Assembly: GCF_020745735.1 (NCBI RefSeq)
Contig: NC_083409.1
Location: 15,595,873 to 15,659,872 of the forward strand
DNA length: 64,000 nucleotides
From: Hemiscyllium ocellatum
Taxonomy: Eukaryota
Direction: 5' to 3'
The notes under the pieces are model-generated. The model did no database searches. It saw nothing but the letters and a program-made list of their open reading frames with translations, and was not told where the DNA came from. Each line of letters begins with the position of its first letter. The stretch's first letter is position 1. The translations under genes and the position numbers were made by a program. This document shows positions 47,501-61,726 of the stretch, piece after piece.

Positions 47501-50269
47501 TCCCTCAGTGCTCCCTCCAAGTGTTGTTCAACATGGAGGAGGACTGACTGCTCAGTTGAGGTTGGAGCGGAGGGCGGTGCTATGTGGTAATCAGCAGGAG
47601 GTTTCCTTCCCCATGTTTGACCTGCTGTCATGAGGCTTCATGGGTCCATAGTTAATGGTGAGGACTCTCAGGGCAACTCCCTTCTGACTGTACACACCAC
47701 TGTGTTGCCTCCCCTGCTTGGTCTATCCTGCCAGTTATAAACTGAATGAGGGAACAATTCTGTGCAGGTTTCACAGCTTGGAGACAGAGCTGCTGCTGGA
47801 TTCTGTTTCTGATCTCCGAGTGCAGGCGTGTGTGTTTGTGAGAGAGTGACTGACACCTTTTCCAAAACTGTGCTGTTTCTGCAAAAAATAAATCCTAGAA
47901 CCAGCCTCCTGTGCTGTCAGATTCCAGGGAGTGCAGATGGTTCACAGTTTTCTCCCGTCTCAGTAACAAACACCCAGCTGCTCCGAGCTCCTTCTTTCAC
48001 TTCCTCTTTTTTGTGAAGTTTCAACCTTGCGATCTGACAGTCTTTGCAGTTATTTTTTACACTGGGGCTTTCTGCTGTGGTCAGAATCTCTAATAATAAG
48101 TGTCAGATCAGTGACAATCACAGCAGCTAAGAGCAGTCAGGACTGAGGAGCCAAGCTCATTGTGAAACATATTGGGAAGATCAAAGCCATCCTCTTCAGA
48201 TCCTGGTATAAACTCCATCCCTCTCCCTGAGCACTGTCTGCTGCTCAACCAGACTCTTTACAAACTGGGTCTCATGTTTGAGAATGATCTAAGCCCCATA
48301 TCTTTCATATCACAAAGATCAGCCACTGAAAATCTCAGCCATGTTTATGGGGCTCCAAACATGACCATTCCAATGGCTGATGCACATCACAGCCACTGCC
48401 CTCCGTATCCTTCAGCTCATCCAAAATTCTGCAGCCCGTATCCAAACTTGCACCAAGTCCCGTTCCCACAACCCCCTGCACCCCGTGCCTATATTGGCTC
48501 CTGGTCAAGCAACACCTCGATTTTCAAATTCTCATCCTTGTTCTCAAATCCCTCTCTGCCCTCCACTCTCCCTATCTCTGTAACTTCCTCCAAGCTGCCT
48601 CACTCCGTGTGGTCAGCAATCTTGGATAATTGGCTCTCTATTCCTTCATCCAAGTCATTGAGAAATATTGTGAAATACTGAGGCCCCTGCACAAATCCCT
48701 GGGGACACCACTATTCACATCTTGTTCATTAGAGAGCACGCACATTATCCCTCTTCTCTGTCTCCTACCTCCAAACTAATTCCTAACCAAAGACAAATAC
48801 TTTTCTGTCACTGTCTTGATGATAGGAAGCAGAGGTAATATTGGAAGGATGCTTGTCAGACTGGAGGCCTGTGTTGAGTGGAGTGCCTCAGGGCTCAGTG
48901 CTGGCCCCATTACTGTTTGTTATCAATATTAATGATTTGGATGAGAACCTGTAAGGCATGATTAGTAAGTTTGATGTGCAGGTCAGGTGAATTGGACATG
49001 TTAAATTGGCCATAGTCTTAGGTACATTAGTCAGAGGGAAATGTCTCTAAATGGGTTACTCTTCAGAGGGTCAGTGTGGATTGGTTGGGCCGAAGACCTG
49101 TTTCCACACTGGAGGGAATCTAATCTCTAATCCTGTACAGGATGTCAGTGAGGTCGCACTTGGAATATTGTATTCAGTTTGGTCACCTTGTTATAGGAAG
49201 GATATTACTAAACCAGAAAGAGCACAGAAGAAATTGGCAAGGATGTTGCCTGGACTCAACAATCTGAGTTATAGGGGGAAGTTAGCCAAGTTAGGACTTT
49301 TTTCTGAGAGCGTAGGAGACTGGTGGGGGAACATTTAGAAGTGTATAAGATCATGAGAGACATGGAGAGGGTTGGGAAACGAGGATGAGAGGGCATCAGT
49401 TTAGTGTTAGAGAGGAATGAATAAAAGGGAACCTGAGGGGCAACATTTTTACACAGAGGGTGGCACGCATGTGGAATGAGATGCCAGCTGAAGTGATTGA
49501 GGTGGATACATTAACAATATTTAAAAGACATTTGGACAAATACATAGATAGGAAAACATTTGAAGGATATGGGCCAAGTGCAGGGAAATGGGGTTAGTGT
49601 GGATGGACATTTTGGTCAGCACGGTCCAGTTTGGGCCAAAGGGCCTGTCTCTGTGCTGTAGGACTCGATGGCTCTAAGACTCTATAATTCCATATGTTTC
49701 CATGTTTATGAACAGTCTCTCAAACATAGAAACAAAGGAACTAGGAGCAAGAGGAGGCCATTCAGCCCTTCAAGTTGGCTCTGCCATTCAATATGACCAT
49801 GGCTAATCATCCAACTTAGTCCCCTGCTCCCATTTTTTCTCCATAAAATTTAACCCCTTTAGTCCTAAGAATACACTTATCCTCTCTTGAAAATATTGAA
49901 TGTTTTGGGCTCAACTGCTTTCTGTGACAGACTATCCCACTAGCTTCCCAGTCTCTGGCAAAAGAAATGTCTCCTCAGCTCAGTCTGAAATAACCTTTCC
50001 CTTTTCTTTAAACCATAATTCGTAGTTCTGGATTCCCCAATCATCAGGAACATCCTCCCTGTGTTGTTCTAGTCTTGTCCTGTTCGGATTTTCAAGGTTA
50101 CAATATGATTCCTTTCAATCTTCTAAGTGCCAATGAATATAATCCTAACTGATCCAGTTTCTCATCAGATCTAAGTGCTGTCCTCCCAGGAATCAGTCTG
50201 GTAAACCTTCACTGCTCTCCCTCCACAGCCAAAACATCCTTCCTCAATTAAGGAGCCTGAAACTACCCA

Positions 50270-53200
50270 CGACAGAATCATGAAATCACACAGTACAGAG
50301 GAGGCCCTTCAGCCCATTAACTGTGTACCAGCCAAACTACACTAAACCTACACCAGTCCCACTTTCCAACATGAGGCCCACAGCTTGAATGTTATGACAT
50401 TTCAACTGCTCACCCAAGTACATTTTAAACTTTGTGAGGTTTCCCACCTCAACTCCCCTCTCAGGCTGTGCATTCCAGATGCACACCAACCTCTGGATGA
50501 AAAACATTTTCCTTAAAACATCTTGAAGCCTCCTAGCTTTCACATTGAATGTGAGTCAACTTGTTATTGACCCTCCCAAAAAGGAGAACAGCTGCTTTCT
50601 CTCCTCCCTGCCAATTCCCCTCATAACCTTATACACCTCGATCAGGTCCCCCCTCCACCTTCTCTGCTCTATAGAAAACAACCCGAGCTGATCCAATTTC
50701 TCTTCATCACTGAGAGGTTCCATCCCACACAACATCCTGATGATTCCCCTCTGCACCCCATCCAGTGCAATCACCTCCTTCCTACAGTGTGGTGACCTGA
50801 ACTGCACACAGTACTCCAGCTGTGGCCTAACCAATGTTCTGCTTAACTGCACCATCTCCTCCTGCTTTTATAACCAACACCTGAAATGACAAAGGCAAGT
50901 GTCCCTTATGCCTTCATAACTGTTCCGTTAACCTGTCTTGCCATATTCAGGGATCAGTGGAGAAGCACCCCAAGATCACTCTGTTCCTTTGAGCTTCCTC
51001 AGTTCAAAGAACAAAGAGCAACGAAAATTACAGCACAAGAACTGGCCCTTCGGCCCTCCTAGCCTGCACTGGTCCATATCCTCCATCTAAACCTGTCATC
51101 AATTTTCCAAGGTTCTGTCTCCCTTTGCTCCCTGCCCATCCATGTATCTATCTAGATATATCTTAAATGATGCTATTGTGCCTGCCTCTACCACCTCCAC
51201 TGGCAACGTGTTCCAGGACCAATCACTCTCTGTGTGAAGAACTTTCCATACATATCTCCCTTAAATGTTTCCACTCTCACCTTGAACTCATGACCCCCGA
51301 GTAATTGAGTCCCTCATTCTGGGAAAAAGCTTCTTGCTATCCACCCTTTCTACACCTCTCATGATTTTGTAGACCCCAATCTGGTCCCCCCTCAACATTT
51401 GATTTTCTAATGAGAATAATCCTAATCTACTAAGCCTCTCTCCATAGCTAGTGCCCTCCATACCAGGCAATCCTGGTGAACCTCCTCTACACCCTCTCCA
51501 AAGCATCCACATCTTTCTGGTAATGGGGCAACCAGAACTGTACACAGTATTCCAAATGTGGCCAAGCCAAAGGCTGATATAATTCTAATATGACCTTCCA
51601 ACTCTTGTACTGAATACCACGTCTGGTGAAGGAAGATGTGCCATATGCCTTCTTGACCACTCTGTCGACCTGTGTTGTCACCTCCAGGGTACAATGGACC
51701 TGAACACCCAGGTCGCTCTGGGCATCAATTTTCCCAGGGTGTTCCATTCACTGTACAGTTTACTCCAGATTTGGATCTTCCAAAATTCATCAGACTGCAT
51801 TTGCCTGGCTTGAACTCCATCCATCCATTTCTCTGCCCAACTCTCCAATCTGTCTACATTCTCTGACAGTCCCCTTCACTATCTGCTACTCCACCAATAT
51901 TAGTGTCATATGCAAACTTGCTAATCAGATCACCTATAGCTTCCTCCAGATCATTTATGTCTTTCCAAAACAAGAGCGGTACCAGCACGGATTGCTGTTC
52001 TCCATTTTGAGAAAGTACTCCCACCACTACTGTCTGTCTTCTGTTGCCCAACCTGTTCTCTACCCATCTAGTGAGTACACTCTGGACCCCATGCGAATTA
52101 AATTTCTTTATCAGGCTACCATGGGGAACTTTATCAAACACCTTACTGAAGTCCATGTGTATGACATCCACAGCCCATCCCTCCTCAATCAACTTCATCA
52201 GTTCTTCAATAAAATCTATAAAGTTGGTAAGACATGACATTCCCTGCACAACTTCATACTGCCTATTACTGATAAGTCAATTTTCTTCCAAAAGTAAATA
52301 GATCTTATCTCACAGTATGTTCTCCAGCAGCTTCCCTACCACTACATCAGGCTCACTGGTTGATAGTTACCTGGATTATCCTGGCTACCCTTCTTAAACA
52401 TTAACAATTCTCCAGTCCTCTGGGACCCTCATCCATGTTCAGGGTTGCTACAAAGATATCGATTAAGGCCCCAACTATTTCCTCTCTTGCTTCCCTCAGT
52501 AAGCTGGGATCGATCCCATCCCGACCTGGGGACTTGTGCACCTTGATGCCTTTTAAAATACCCAACACTTCCTCCCTCCTTAAATCGACTTGACCTCGAG
52601 TAATCAAACACCCATCCCCAACTTCAACATCTGTCATTTCCCTCTCCTTGGTGAATACCGACGTAAAGCACTCATTAAGAATCTCATCCATTTTCTGACT
52701 CCACACATATCTTTCCTCCTTTGTCCTTGAGTGGGCCAACCCTTTCTCGAGTCATCCTCTTGCTCCTTATGTATGAATAAAAGGATTTGGGATTTTCCTT
52801 AATGATATTTTGTGACCCCTTTAGCCCTTTTAATTCCTCACTTCAGATTGGTCCTACTTTCACGATATTCTTCCAAAGCTTTGTCTGTTTTCAGCCACCT
52901 AGACCTTATGTATGCATCCTTTTTCCTCTTAGCTAGTCTCACAATTTCATCTGACATCCAGCGTTCCCTAATCATGCCATTTCAATCCCTTATTTTCACA
53001 GGGACATGTCTGTCCTGACTCTAGTCAACCTCTCTTTAAAAGCCTCCCACATATCAAATGTGGATTTCCCTTTAAACAGCTGCTCCCAATCCACATTCCC
53101 CAGCTCCTACCAAATTTTGGGATAGTTGGCCTTCCTCCACTTTAGCCCTCTTCCTTTAGGACCACTCTCATCTTTGTCCATGAGCATTCTAAAACGTATG

Positions 53201-56200
53201 GAATTGTGATCACTCTTCCAAAGTAATCCCCGACTGAAATTTCAACCACCTGGCCGGGCTCATTCCCCAACACCAGCCCAGTCTGGCCCCTTCCTAAGTT
53301 AGACTATTTCCACATTACTCTGTGAAATCCTCCTGGATGCTCCTTACAAATTCTGCTCCATTTTAACTTCTAACATGAAGTGAATCCCAGTCAATGTTGG
53401 GAAAATTAAAATCTTCCATCACCACCACCTTGTTACTCCTACATCTTTCCATAATCTGTTTACATATTTGTACCTCTACCTCACGTTCACTGTTAGGAGG
53501 CTTGTAGGATAGCACCAACATTGTTACTGCACCCTTCCTGTTTCTGAGCTCTGCCCATATTGCCCCACTGCTCGAGTCCTCCATAGTACCCTCCTTCACC
53601 ACACCTGTGATATCCACTCTGACCAGTAATGCAACTCCTCCATCCCTTTTACCTCCCTCTCGAACCCATCTGATACATCTGTATCCTGAGATATTTAGTT
53701 AACAATCTTGCCATTCCCTCAACCACGTCTCAGTAATAGCAATAACATCATACTCCCAGATACTAGTCCAAGCCCTAAATTCATCTGCCTTACCTACTAC
53801 ACTTCTCACATTAAAACAAATGCATCTCAGACCATCTGTCCCTTTGCGTTCATCATCTGCTCCCTACCTATTCTTAACCTTAGTCACGCTGACTTCAATA
53901 TCTAGTTCCTGACAGGCTTTAGTTACTCCCTCCTTATTGCCCACTAACCTCCTCATTTGGTTCCCATCCCTCTGCTACACTATTTTGAACCCTCCCCAAG
54001 AGCGTGATCAAACACATCCCTCAGGACACTGGTTCCAGTCCTGCCCAGGTGTAGACCACTCGATTTGTAATTGTCCCACCTCCCCAGGAACCAGTCCCAA
54101 TGTCCCAAAAATCTGAACCCCTCCCTCCTGCACCATCTCTCAAGCCACACATTCATCCTGCCTATATTTTCATTTCGACTCTGACTAGCACATGGCACTG
54201 GGAGCAATCCTGAGATTACTACCTCTGAGATCCTACATTTTAATATGGTTCCTCACTCCATAAATTCTGCTTGTAGGACCCCATCCCATTTATTACCGAT
54301 ATCATCAGTCCCTTCATGCACCATCACAGCTAGCTGTTCACCCACCCCTTCAGAATGTCCTGCAGCCGATCTGAGACATCCCTGAGCTGTACAACTGGGA
54401 GGCAACATGCTATTCGTGAGTCTTGTTTTTGACCACAGAACCGCCGATCTATTCCCCTTACAAAGTCCAAACAAACCATATCCATGGGCCCCCCCTTATC
54501 AAATCCACTCACTACATCCTCAAACAATTCCAGTCGATTTTTTAAGCATGATTTCCCTTTCGACAATTCATGCCGACTCTGTCCAGTTCTGCCACTGTTT
54601 TCAAAGTGCTAAGCTATAAAATATTTTATAATGAACTTAAGCATTTTTGCCACTGCTGACTTCTGGCTAATTGGTCTAAAATTTCTTATTTTCCCTCTCT
54701 CTCTCTCTCTTTCAATAGGCGTGTTAAATTAACTCCCTCCATTTTGTAGGACCTATTCCACAGTCGACAAACAGATAACCATCAATGTTCCTCATATTTT
54801 ACAACCACTTCCTGAAGCACTCCTGAAAATAGATTATTTGGCCCTGCTGATATAAGACATTCTAATTTTCCCAGAACCATTTTTCTCCAACAACTGACTT
54901 CCTTCAGCTCCTTCCTCTGATAAAACTCCAAGTTCACCAACATGTCTGAGATTTATTTGAGAATTCATTTGTGCAGAAAGATCCAGAATATGTTTATCTG
55001 TCATCTCTTTGTTCCAACTATAACATTATAACACTTGTGTGGAACTACCTTGAATGTCATCTGGACGTCCATATAAAAAACACATTACCTTATCTCACAC
55101 ATTAGTGACCTCGTTAAAACATGTAACCAGGTTAGTTAAAGATGTCTGACCCTTTTTAATCCATGCTGACTTACTCTGATCTGTTCACATTTGTCGGACA
55201 TTCTGTCTCTAAACAGATTTAATTACTTCCCAACAATAGACATTCAACGGAGATAAAAACAATGTCTGCAGATGCAGGAAACCAGATTCTGGATTAATGA
55301 TGCTGGAAGAGCACAGCAGTTCAGGCGGCATCCGAGGAGCAGCGAAATCGACGTTTCGGGCTAAAGCCCTTCATCAGGAATAAAGGCAGTGAGCCTGAAG
55401 TGTGGAGAGATAAGCTAGAGGAGGGTGGGGTGGGGAGAAAGTAGCATAGAGTACAAGCAAATGTGGCTGTGGGAGCGAGTTTGTTTCATGACATGGTTGA
55501 AGAGCTTCTCTCTACAAGAATCTCAGGGAGTCCCTCTCCCACTGCAACTCCCAGGTCATTTCCTCTGCCCTGAAGCTCTTCAAACATTTCAAGAAACAAA
55601 CTCGCTCCCACAGCCACATTTGCTTGCACTCTATGCTACTTTCTCCCCACCCCCACCCTCCTCTAGCTTATCTCTCCACGCTTCAGGCTCACTGCCTTTA
55701 TTCCTGATGAAGGGCTTATGCCCGAAACATCGATTTCGCTGCTCCTCGGATGCTGGCTGAATGGCTGTGCTCTTCCAGCACCACTCATCCAGAATTCAAT
55801 GGAGATGTTCATTGTGAGTGAGGTTAGTAAACAGCTAGTACTGACACAAGGGGCTGAACAGCCTCCTTCTAGAGTCATAGAGTCATAGAGATGCACAGCA
55901 TGGAAACAGACCCTAAGGTCCAACTTGTCCATGCCAACCAGACATCCCAACCCAATCTAGTCCCACCTGCCAACACCTGGCCCAGATCCCTCCAAACCCT
56001 TCCTATTGATATACCCATTCAGATGCCTTTTAAATGTTGTAATTGTACCAGCCTCTACCACTTCCTCTGGCAGCCCCATTCTGCACTTGCACCACTCTGT
56101 GCGTGAAAAAGTTGCTTCTCAAGTCTCTTTTATATCTTTCCCCTCTTACTCTAAACCCATGCCCTCTATTACTGGACTCCACCAGCTCAGGGAAAAGACT

Positions 56201-59200
56201 TGGTCTCTTTGCCCAATCCATGTCCCTCATGATTTTGTAAACCTCTGTAAGGTCACCCCTCAGCAGGGACCTCTGTAAGGTCACACCTCACTCAAGGGAA
56301 AACATCCCTAGTCTATTTAACTTCTCCGTATAGCTTAAATCCTCCAACCCTAGTAACATCCTTGTAAATCTTTTCTGAACCCTTTCTAGTTTCACAACAT
56401 CTTTCTGATAGGAAGGAGATCAGAATTGAATACAATACTCCAAAAGTGGTTTAGGTGACCTCCCAACACCCATACTCAATTCTGTAATCAATAAAGTAAA
56501 GCATACCAAATGTCTTCTTCATTATCCTACCTACCTACGACTCTACATTCAAAGAGCTATGAACCTGCACTCCAAGGTCTCTTTGTTCAGCAACACTCCC
56601 GAGAACCTGACCATTAAGTGTATAAGTCCTGCTAAGATTTGCTTTCCTAACTGCAGCACCTTGCATTTATCTGAATTAAACTCCACCTGCCATTCCTCAG
56701 CCCATTGGCCCATCGGATCAAGATCCTGGTGTAATGTGAGGTAACTTTCTTCGCTGTCCACTACACCTCCAATTTTGGTGTCATTTGCAAACTTACTAAC
56801 TCTACCTCCTATGTTCACATCCAAATCATTTATGTAAATGACAACAAGTAGTTGCCCAGCACCAATCCTTATGACACTCCACTGGTCAGTGACGTCCCGT
56901 CTGAAAAACAACCCTCCACCATCACCCACTGTCTTCTACCTTTGAGCCAGTTCTGTATCCAAATGGCTAGTTCTAACTGTATTCCATGAGATCTAACCTT
57001 GCTTACCAATCTTCCATGGGGAACCTTGTTGAATGTCTTACTGAAGTCCGTACAGATCCAGTGTAACGTTCTGCCCTCATCAATTCTTTCTGTTACTTCT
57101 TCAAAAAACTCAATCAAGTTTGTGAGACATGATTTCCCATACACAGAACCATGCTGACTATCCCTAATCAGTCTTTGCCTTTCCAAATTTATGGACAATC
57201 TGTCCCTCAGGATTCCTTCCAATAACTTCCTCACAATTGACGTCTGGCTGACTGGTCTACAGTTCCCTGGCTTTTCCTTACCACCTTTCTTAAGTAGTGG
57301 CACCAATTAGTGAACCTCCAGTCTTCTGGCACATCATTTGTGACTATTGAGGATACAAATATCACAGTAAGAGGCCCAGCAATCACTTCCCTAGCTTCCG
57401 ACAGAGTCCTAGGGTATACCTAATTAGGTCTTGGGGATTTATCCACATTTATGCATTTCAAAGACATCTGGCACCTCCTCATCTGTAATATGAACATTTT
57501 TCAAGATATCACCATCTATTTCCCTGCATTCTATATCTTCAATATCCTTCTCCACAGTTAGTGAAGCAAAATACTCATTTGGTATCTGCCCCATCTCCTG
57601 CGGCTCCACACAAAGGTCGCCTTGCTGATCTTTGAGGTGCCCTATTCTCTCCTTAGTTACCCTCTTGTCCTTAATGTATTCATAAAACCCCTCTGTATTC
57701 TCCTTAACCCTATTTGCCAAAGCTATCTCATGTTGTTGCCCTCCTGATTTCCATCTTAAGTGTACTCCTACTGCCTTTGTATCCATCTAAGGATTCACTC
57801 AATCTATCCTGTCTATACCTGACATATGCTTCATCCTTTTTCTCAACCAAACCCTCAACTTCTCTCATCATCCAATATTCCCTACACCTACCAGCCTTTC
57901 CTTTCACCGTAACTAGAATATACTATCTCTGGGCTCAATTTATCTCATTTCTGAAGGCTTCCTATTTTCCAGCTGTCCCATGACCTGCGAGCAACTGCCC
58001 CCAATCAGCTTTTCAGAGTTCTTGCCTAATACTGGCAAAATTAGCCTTCCTCCAATTTAGAACTCCAACTTCTGGATCTGGTCTATCCTTTTCCTTCACT
58101 ATTTTAAAATGAATAGAATTATGGTCGCTGACCAAAAGTGCTCCTCCACTGACACCTCAGTCACCTGCCCTGCCTTATTTCCAAGGTTGAGCTTTGCACC
58201 TTCTCTAGTCGGTACATCCACATTCTGAATCAGAAAATTGTATTGTACGCACTTAACAAATTCCTCTACATCTAAACCCTTCACACTATAGCAGTCACAG
58301 TCTATGTTTGGAAAGTTAAAATCCCCTCCTATAACCACCCCATTATTCTTACTGATAACTGAAATCTCCTTACAAATTTGTTTGTCAATTTCCCGCTGAC
58401 TACTGGAGGGGAGCTATATTATAATCCCAACAAGGTGATCATCCCCTTCTTTTTTCTCAGTTCCATCCGAATAACTTCCCTGGATGTATTTCTGGGAATA
58501 TCCTCCCTAAGTACAGCTGTAATGCTATCCCTTATCAAAAATGCCACTCTCCCTCCTCTTGTGCCTCCCTTTCTGTCCTTCCTGTAGCATTTGTATCCTA
58601 GAACATTAAACGGTCAGTCCTGTCCATCCCTGAGCCATATTTCTGTAATTGCTATGATATCCCAGTCCCATGTTCCTAACCACGCCCCATGTTCATCTTC
58701 CTTCCCTGTAGGCCTCTTGCAGTGAAATAAATGCAGTTTAATTTATCAGTCTTACCTTGTTCTCTGCTTTGTCCCCGCCTGCCCTGACTGTTTGACTTGC
58801 CTTTGTTCTCAACTTTACCAATCTGAGGATGAAATCTTTCCTCACTATCTCCCTGGGTCCCACCCGCCCACCTTACTAGTTTAAATCCTCCTGAGCAGCT
58901 CTAGCAAATCTCCCTGCCAGTATATTAGTTCCCTTCCAATTTAGGTGCAATCTGTCCTTCTTGTACAGGTTACTTCTACCTCAAAACAGCTTCCAAAGAT
59001 CCAAAAATGTGAATCCTTCTCCCATACACCAGCTCCTCAGCCATGCATTCATCTGCTCTATCCTCCTGTTGCTGCCCTCACTAGCTCATAGCACCAGGAG
59101 TAATTCAGATATTACTACTCTTGAGGACCTCCTTTTTAAATTCCTGCCTAGCTCTCTGCAATCTCCCTTCAGAATCTCAACCTTTTCCCTTACTATGTCA

Positions 59201-59580
59201 TTGGTTGCAAAGTGTACAATGACCTCCTGCTGGTCTCTCTACACTTAAGAACATTCTGCACCCTCCCTGAGACATCTTTGATCCTGGCACCAGGGAAGCA
59301 ACACACCATTCTGATTTTTTACTGCTGGCCACTGAAATGTCTGTCTGTACCTCGGGCTAGAGAGTCCCCTAACACAGTCGATTGTTTGGAACCCGACGTA
59401 CCTCCCATTACATTAGAGCCAGTGTCAATACCAGAAACTTGGCTGCTCATGCTAAGTACCCCTGAGTTTCCATCACCCCCTACATTTTCCAAAACAGCAT
59501 ACTTGTTTGAAATGGGAATAACCACAGAAGACTCCTGGACTACTTGCCTACCTCTCTTGCCTTTCCTGGAGTTATGGTAA
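50270..59580 (-). mobile_element. Paralogous CR1 LINE block (copy 2), including the palindromic PLE insertion at ~55255-55793
   Basis: Colinear with 25470-34366; ORFs 51854..52249, 56869..57306 and 59319..59621 (ORF1 esterase start). Confidence 0.85.
55350..55377 (-). ncRNA. Minimal hammerhead core (copy 2, left arm)
   Basis: CTGATGAAGGGCTTTAGCCCGAAACGTC is intact. The right-arm partner at 55704-55731 has GTC->ATC. Confidence 0.65.
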
Positions 59581-61564
59581 GAGCCCATGGGATCCAAGGC
59601 ATTTTGGCAAATTGGATCCAAATATGAGGCAAAGAGTGATGGGAGAGGTTTGTCTTTGTGATTGGAAGCCTGTGACCAGTGGTGTAAGACAGGGACTGGG
59701 GCTGGGACCCTTGCTGTTTGTAATGTACATTAACAAATTGACTGTGATTGTAAAATTAGAAAGTTTTCAGAGGCCACATAAATTGGTTGTGTTATTGATA
59801 TTGATTTGATTTTTATTTAAGTTTATTGTCACGTGTTCTCGATTGCAAAAGTATTGGAGTACAGTGAAAAGTATGTAACGTCACCTCACAAGGCGCCATC
59901 TTAGGTACAAGGACCTCAGTACAGAATCGTAAGAACAAGGTAGAAAGAAAGAATAAAGTTCAAGGTTACACGTTGCAGATCTTTTTTAGTTTTAAGTAGA
60001 AAATGAAGAAATAAAGCTGAAAGTTCAAACATTACAGCATTTCTTAAGAACTTAGCTACCATGAGATTATTCTTTAAGTCATCATCTCGAGACCGGAAGT
60101 CCACGCTGAGGCCTTCCCGGGTGGAGAGACCACCATATACAGAAAGGACCACTATGTGGGCTGAGAGAGAACCACGCTGGGCCACTCAGAGATCGCTACA
60201 CTAGGCCGAGTGACCATCACGCTGGGCTGAGAGGCCACCACATCAAACAGAGGCCATCATGTTGGACTGCCTCGTTGGGCTGGAAGGTATCCCTGAAGAA
60301 GGGCTCATGCCGGAAACGCCGACTCTCCTGCTCCTTGGATGCTGCCTGACCTGCTGCGCTTTTCCAGCAACACATTTTCAGCTCTGGAAGGTCTCCTTGC
60401 CAGGCCAGGACACTGCCACATCAAGCCAAGAGGCCACATTATTAGGTCTGCACTGGGTCAGAGGACTGGTGACTGAGGCTGGGAGTCCGAGTCCGGGAGA
60501 AGAAATTAGGGAGAAGGACAAAAGAAAAACACAAAAGAAAATGAAAAGAGAAGTGGGATAGAAAGAAGAAAAGGAAACAGACGGAGCAGATGAACTCGTT
60601 CTGAAGTGTCCTACTCTGCTGCCATCTTGGATTACCGGGTCTCAGGCTACAGTCTGATATTGGTCAGCTGGTAAATTGGGCAGAGCAATGGCAGATGTAA
60701 TTTAATCCTGATACCTCTGAGGTGATCCAACTTGGGAGGTCTAATAAGGGAAGGATATACACAATGAAAGGCATGTACCTTGAGTATCCTTATGCATGAA
60801 TCACAGAGGGTTGGTCTACAGATAAAACAAGAAATTAGGAAGGCAAATGGAATTTTGTCCTTCATTGCTAAAGGGATTGAGTTCAAAAAGCGGGAAGATT
60901 ATGTTGCAGCTGTACAGGGTGCTGGTGAGACCACACCTGGAGTACTGCATGCAGTAATGGTCTCCTTACTTGAAAAAGGCAATACTGGCACTGGAGGGAT
61001 GCAGAGAAAGTTCACCAGGCTGATTCTGGGGTGGAGGGGTTTCGCTTATGAAGGGAGACTGTGTAGACTGGGATATATTCATTGGAACTTAGAAGAATGA
61101 GGGGAATCTTATAGAAACAAATAAAATTATAAAGAGAATAGATAAGACAGAAGTAGAGAGGATGTCCTCACTGGCAGGTGGAACTAAAACAAGAGGGTTT
61201 AACCTCAAAATTAGGGGGAGCAGATTTAGGACTGAATTGAGAAGGAACCTCTTACCCAGAGTGTCATAAATCTATGAAATTCCTTGCTCAATGAAGAAAT
61301 TGATGCTACTTCAGTAAATGTTTTAAAGCTAAGTAGATTTTTTGAACAATAAAGGAATTAAGAGATACAGTGAGAGTAAATGCCAAGTCTTGAACTTCAG
61401 AAAAAAGACTACAGGCATGGACAATTTTCTAAACGGTGAGAACATACATAAAGCCAAAGTACAAAGTGATCTGGGAATGCTAGTCCCGGATTCTCTAAAG
61501 GTTAACTTGCAGGTTGAATCCGTGGTTAAGAATGCAAATGTAATATTGTCATTTATCTCAAGAG

Positions 61565-61726
61565 CTGAAAAATGTGTTGCTGAAAATGCGCAGCAGGAAT
61601 GAAAAAGGGCTTATGCCTGAAACGTCAATTCTCCTGCTCCTTGGATGCTGCCTGACCTGTTGCACTTTTCCAGCAACACATTTTTCAGCTCTGATCTCCA
61701 GCATCTGCAGTCCTCACTTTCTCCAG
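61565..61726 (+). mobile_element. Mini Penelope insertion with inverted 5' arm and 13-bp TSD
   Basis: TSD TTTATCTCAAGAG at 61552-64 and 61727-39. Segment 61561-97 is the reverse complement of ~61654-90. Confidence 0.8.
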
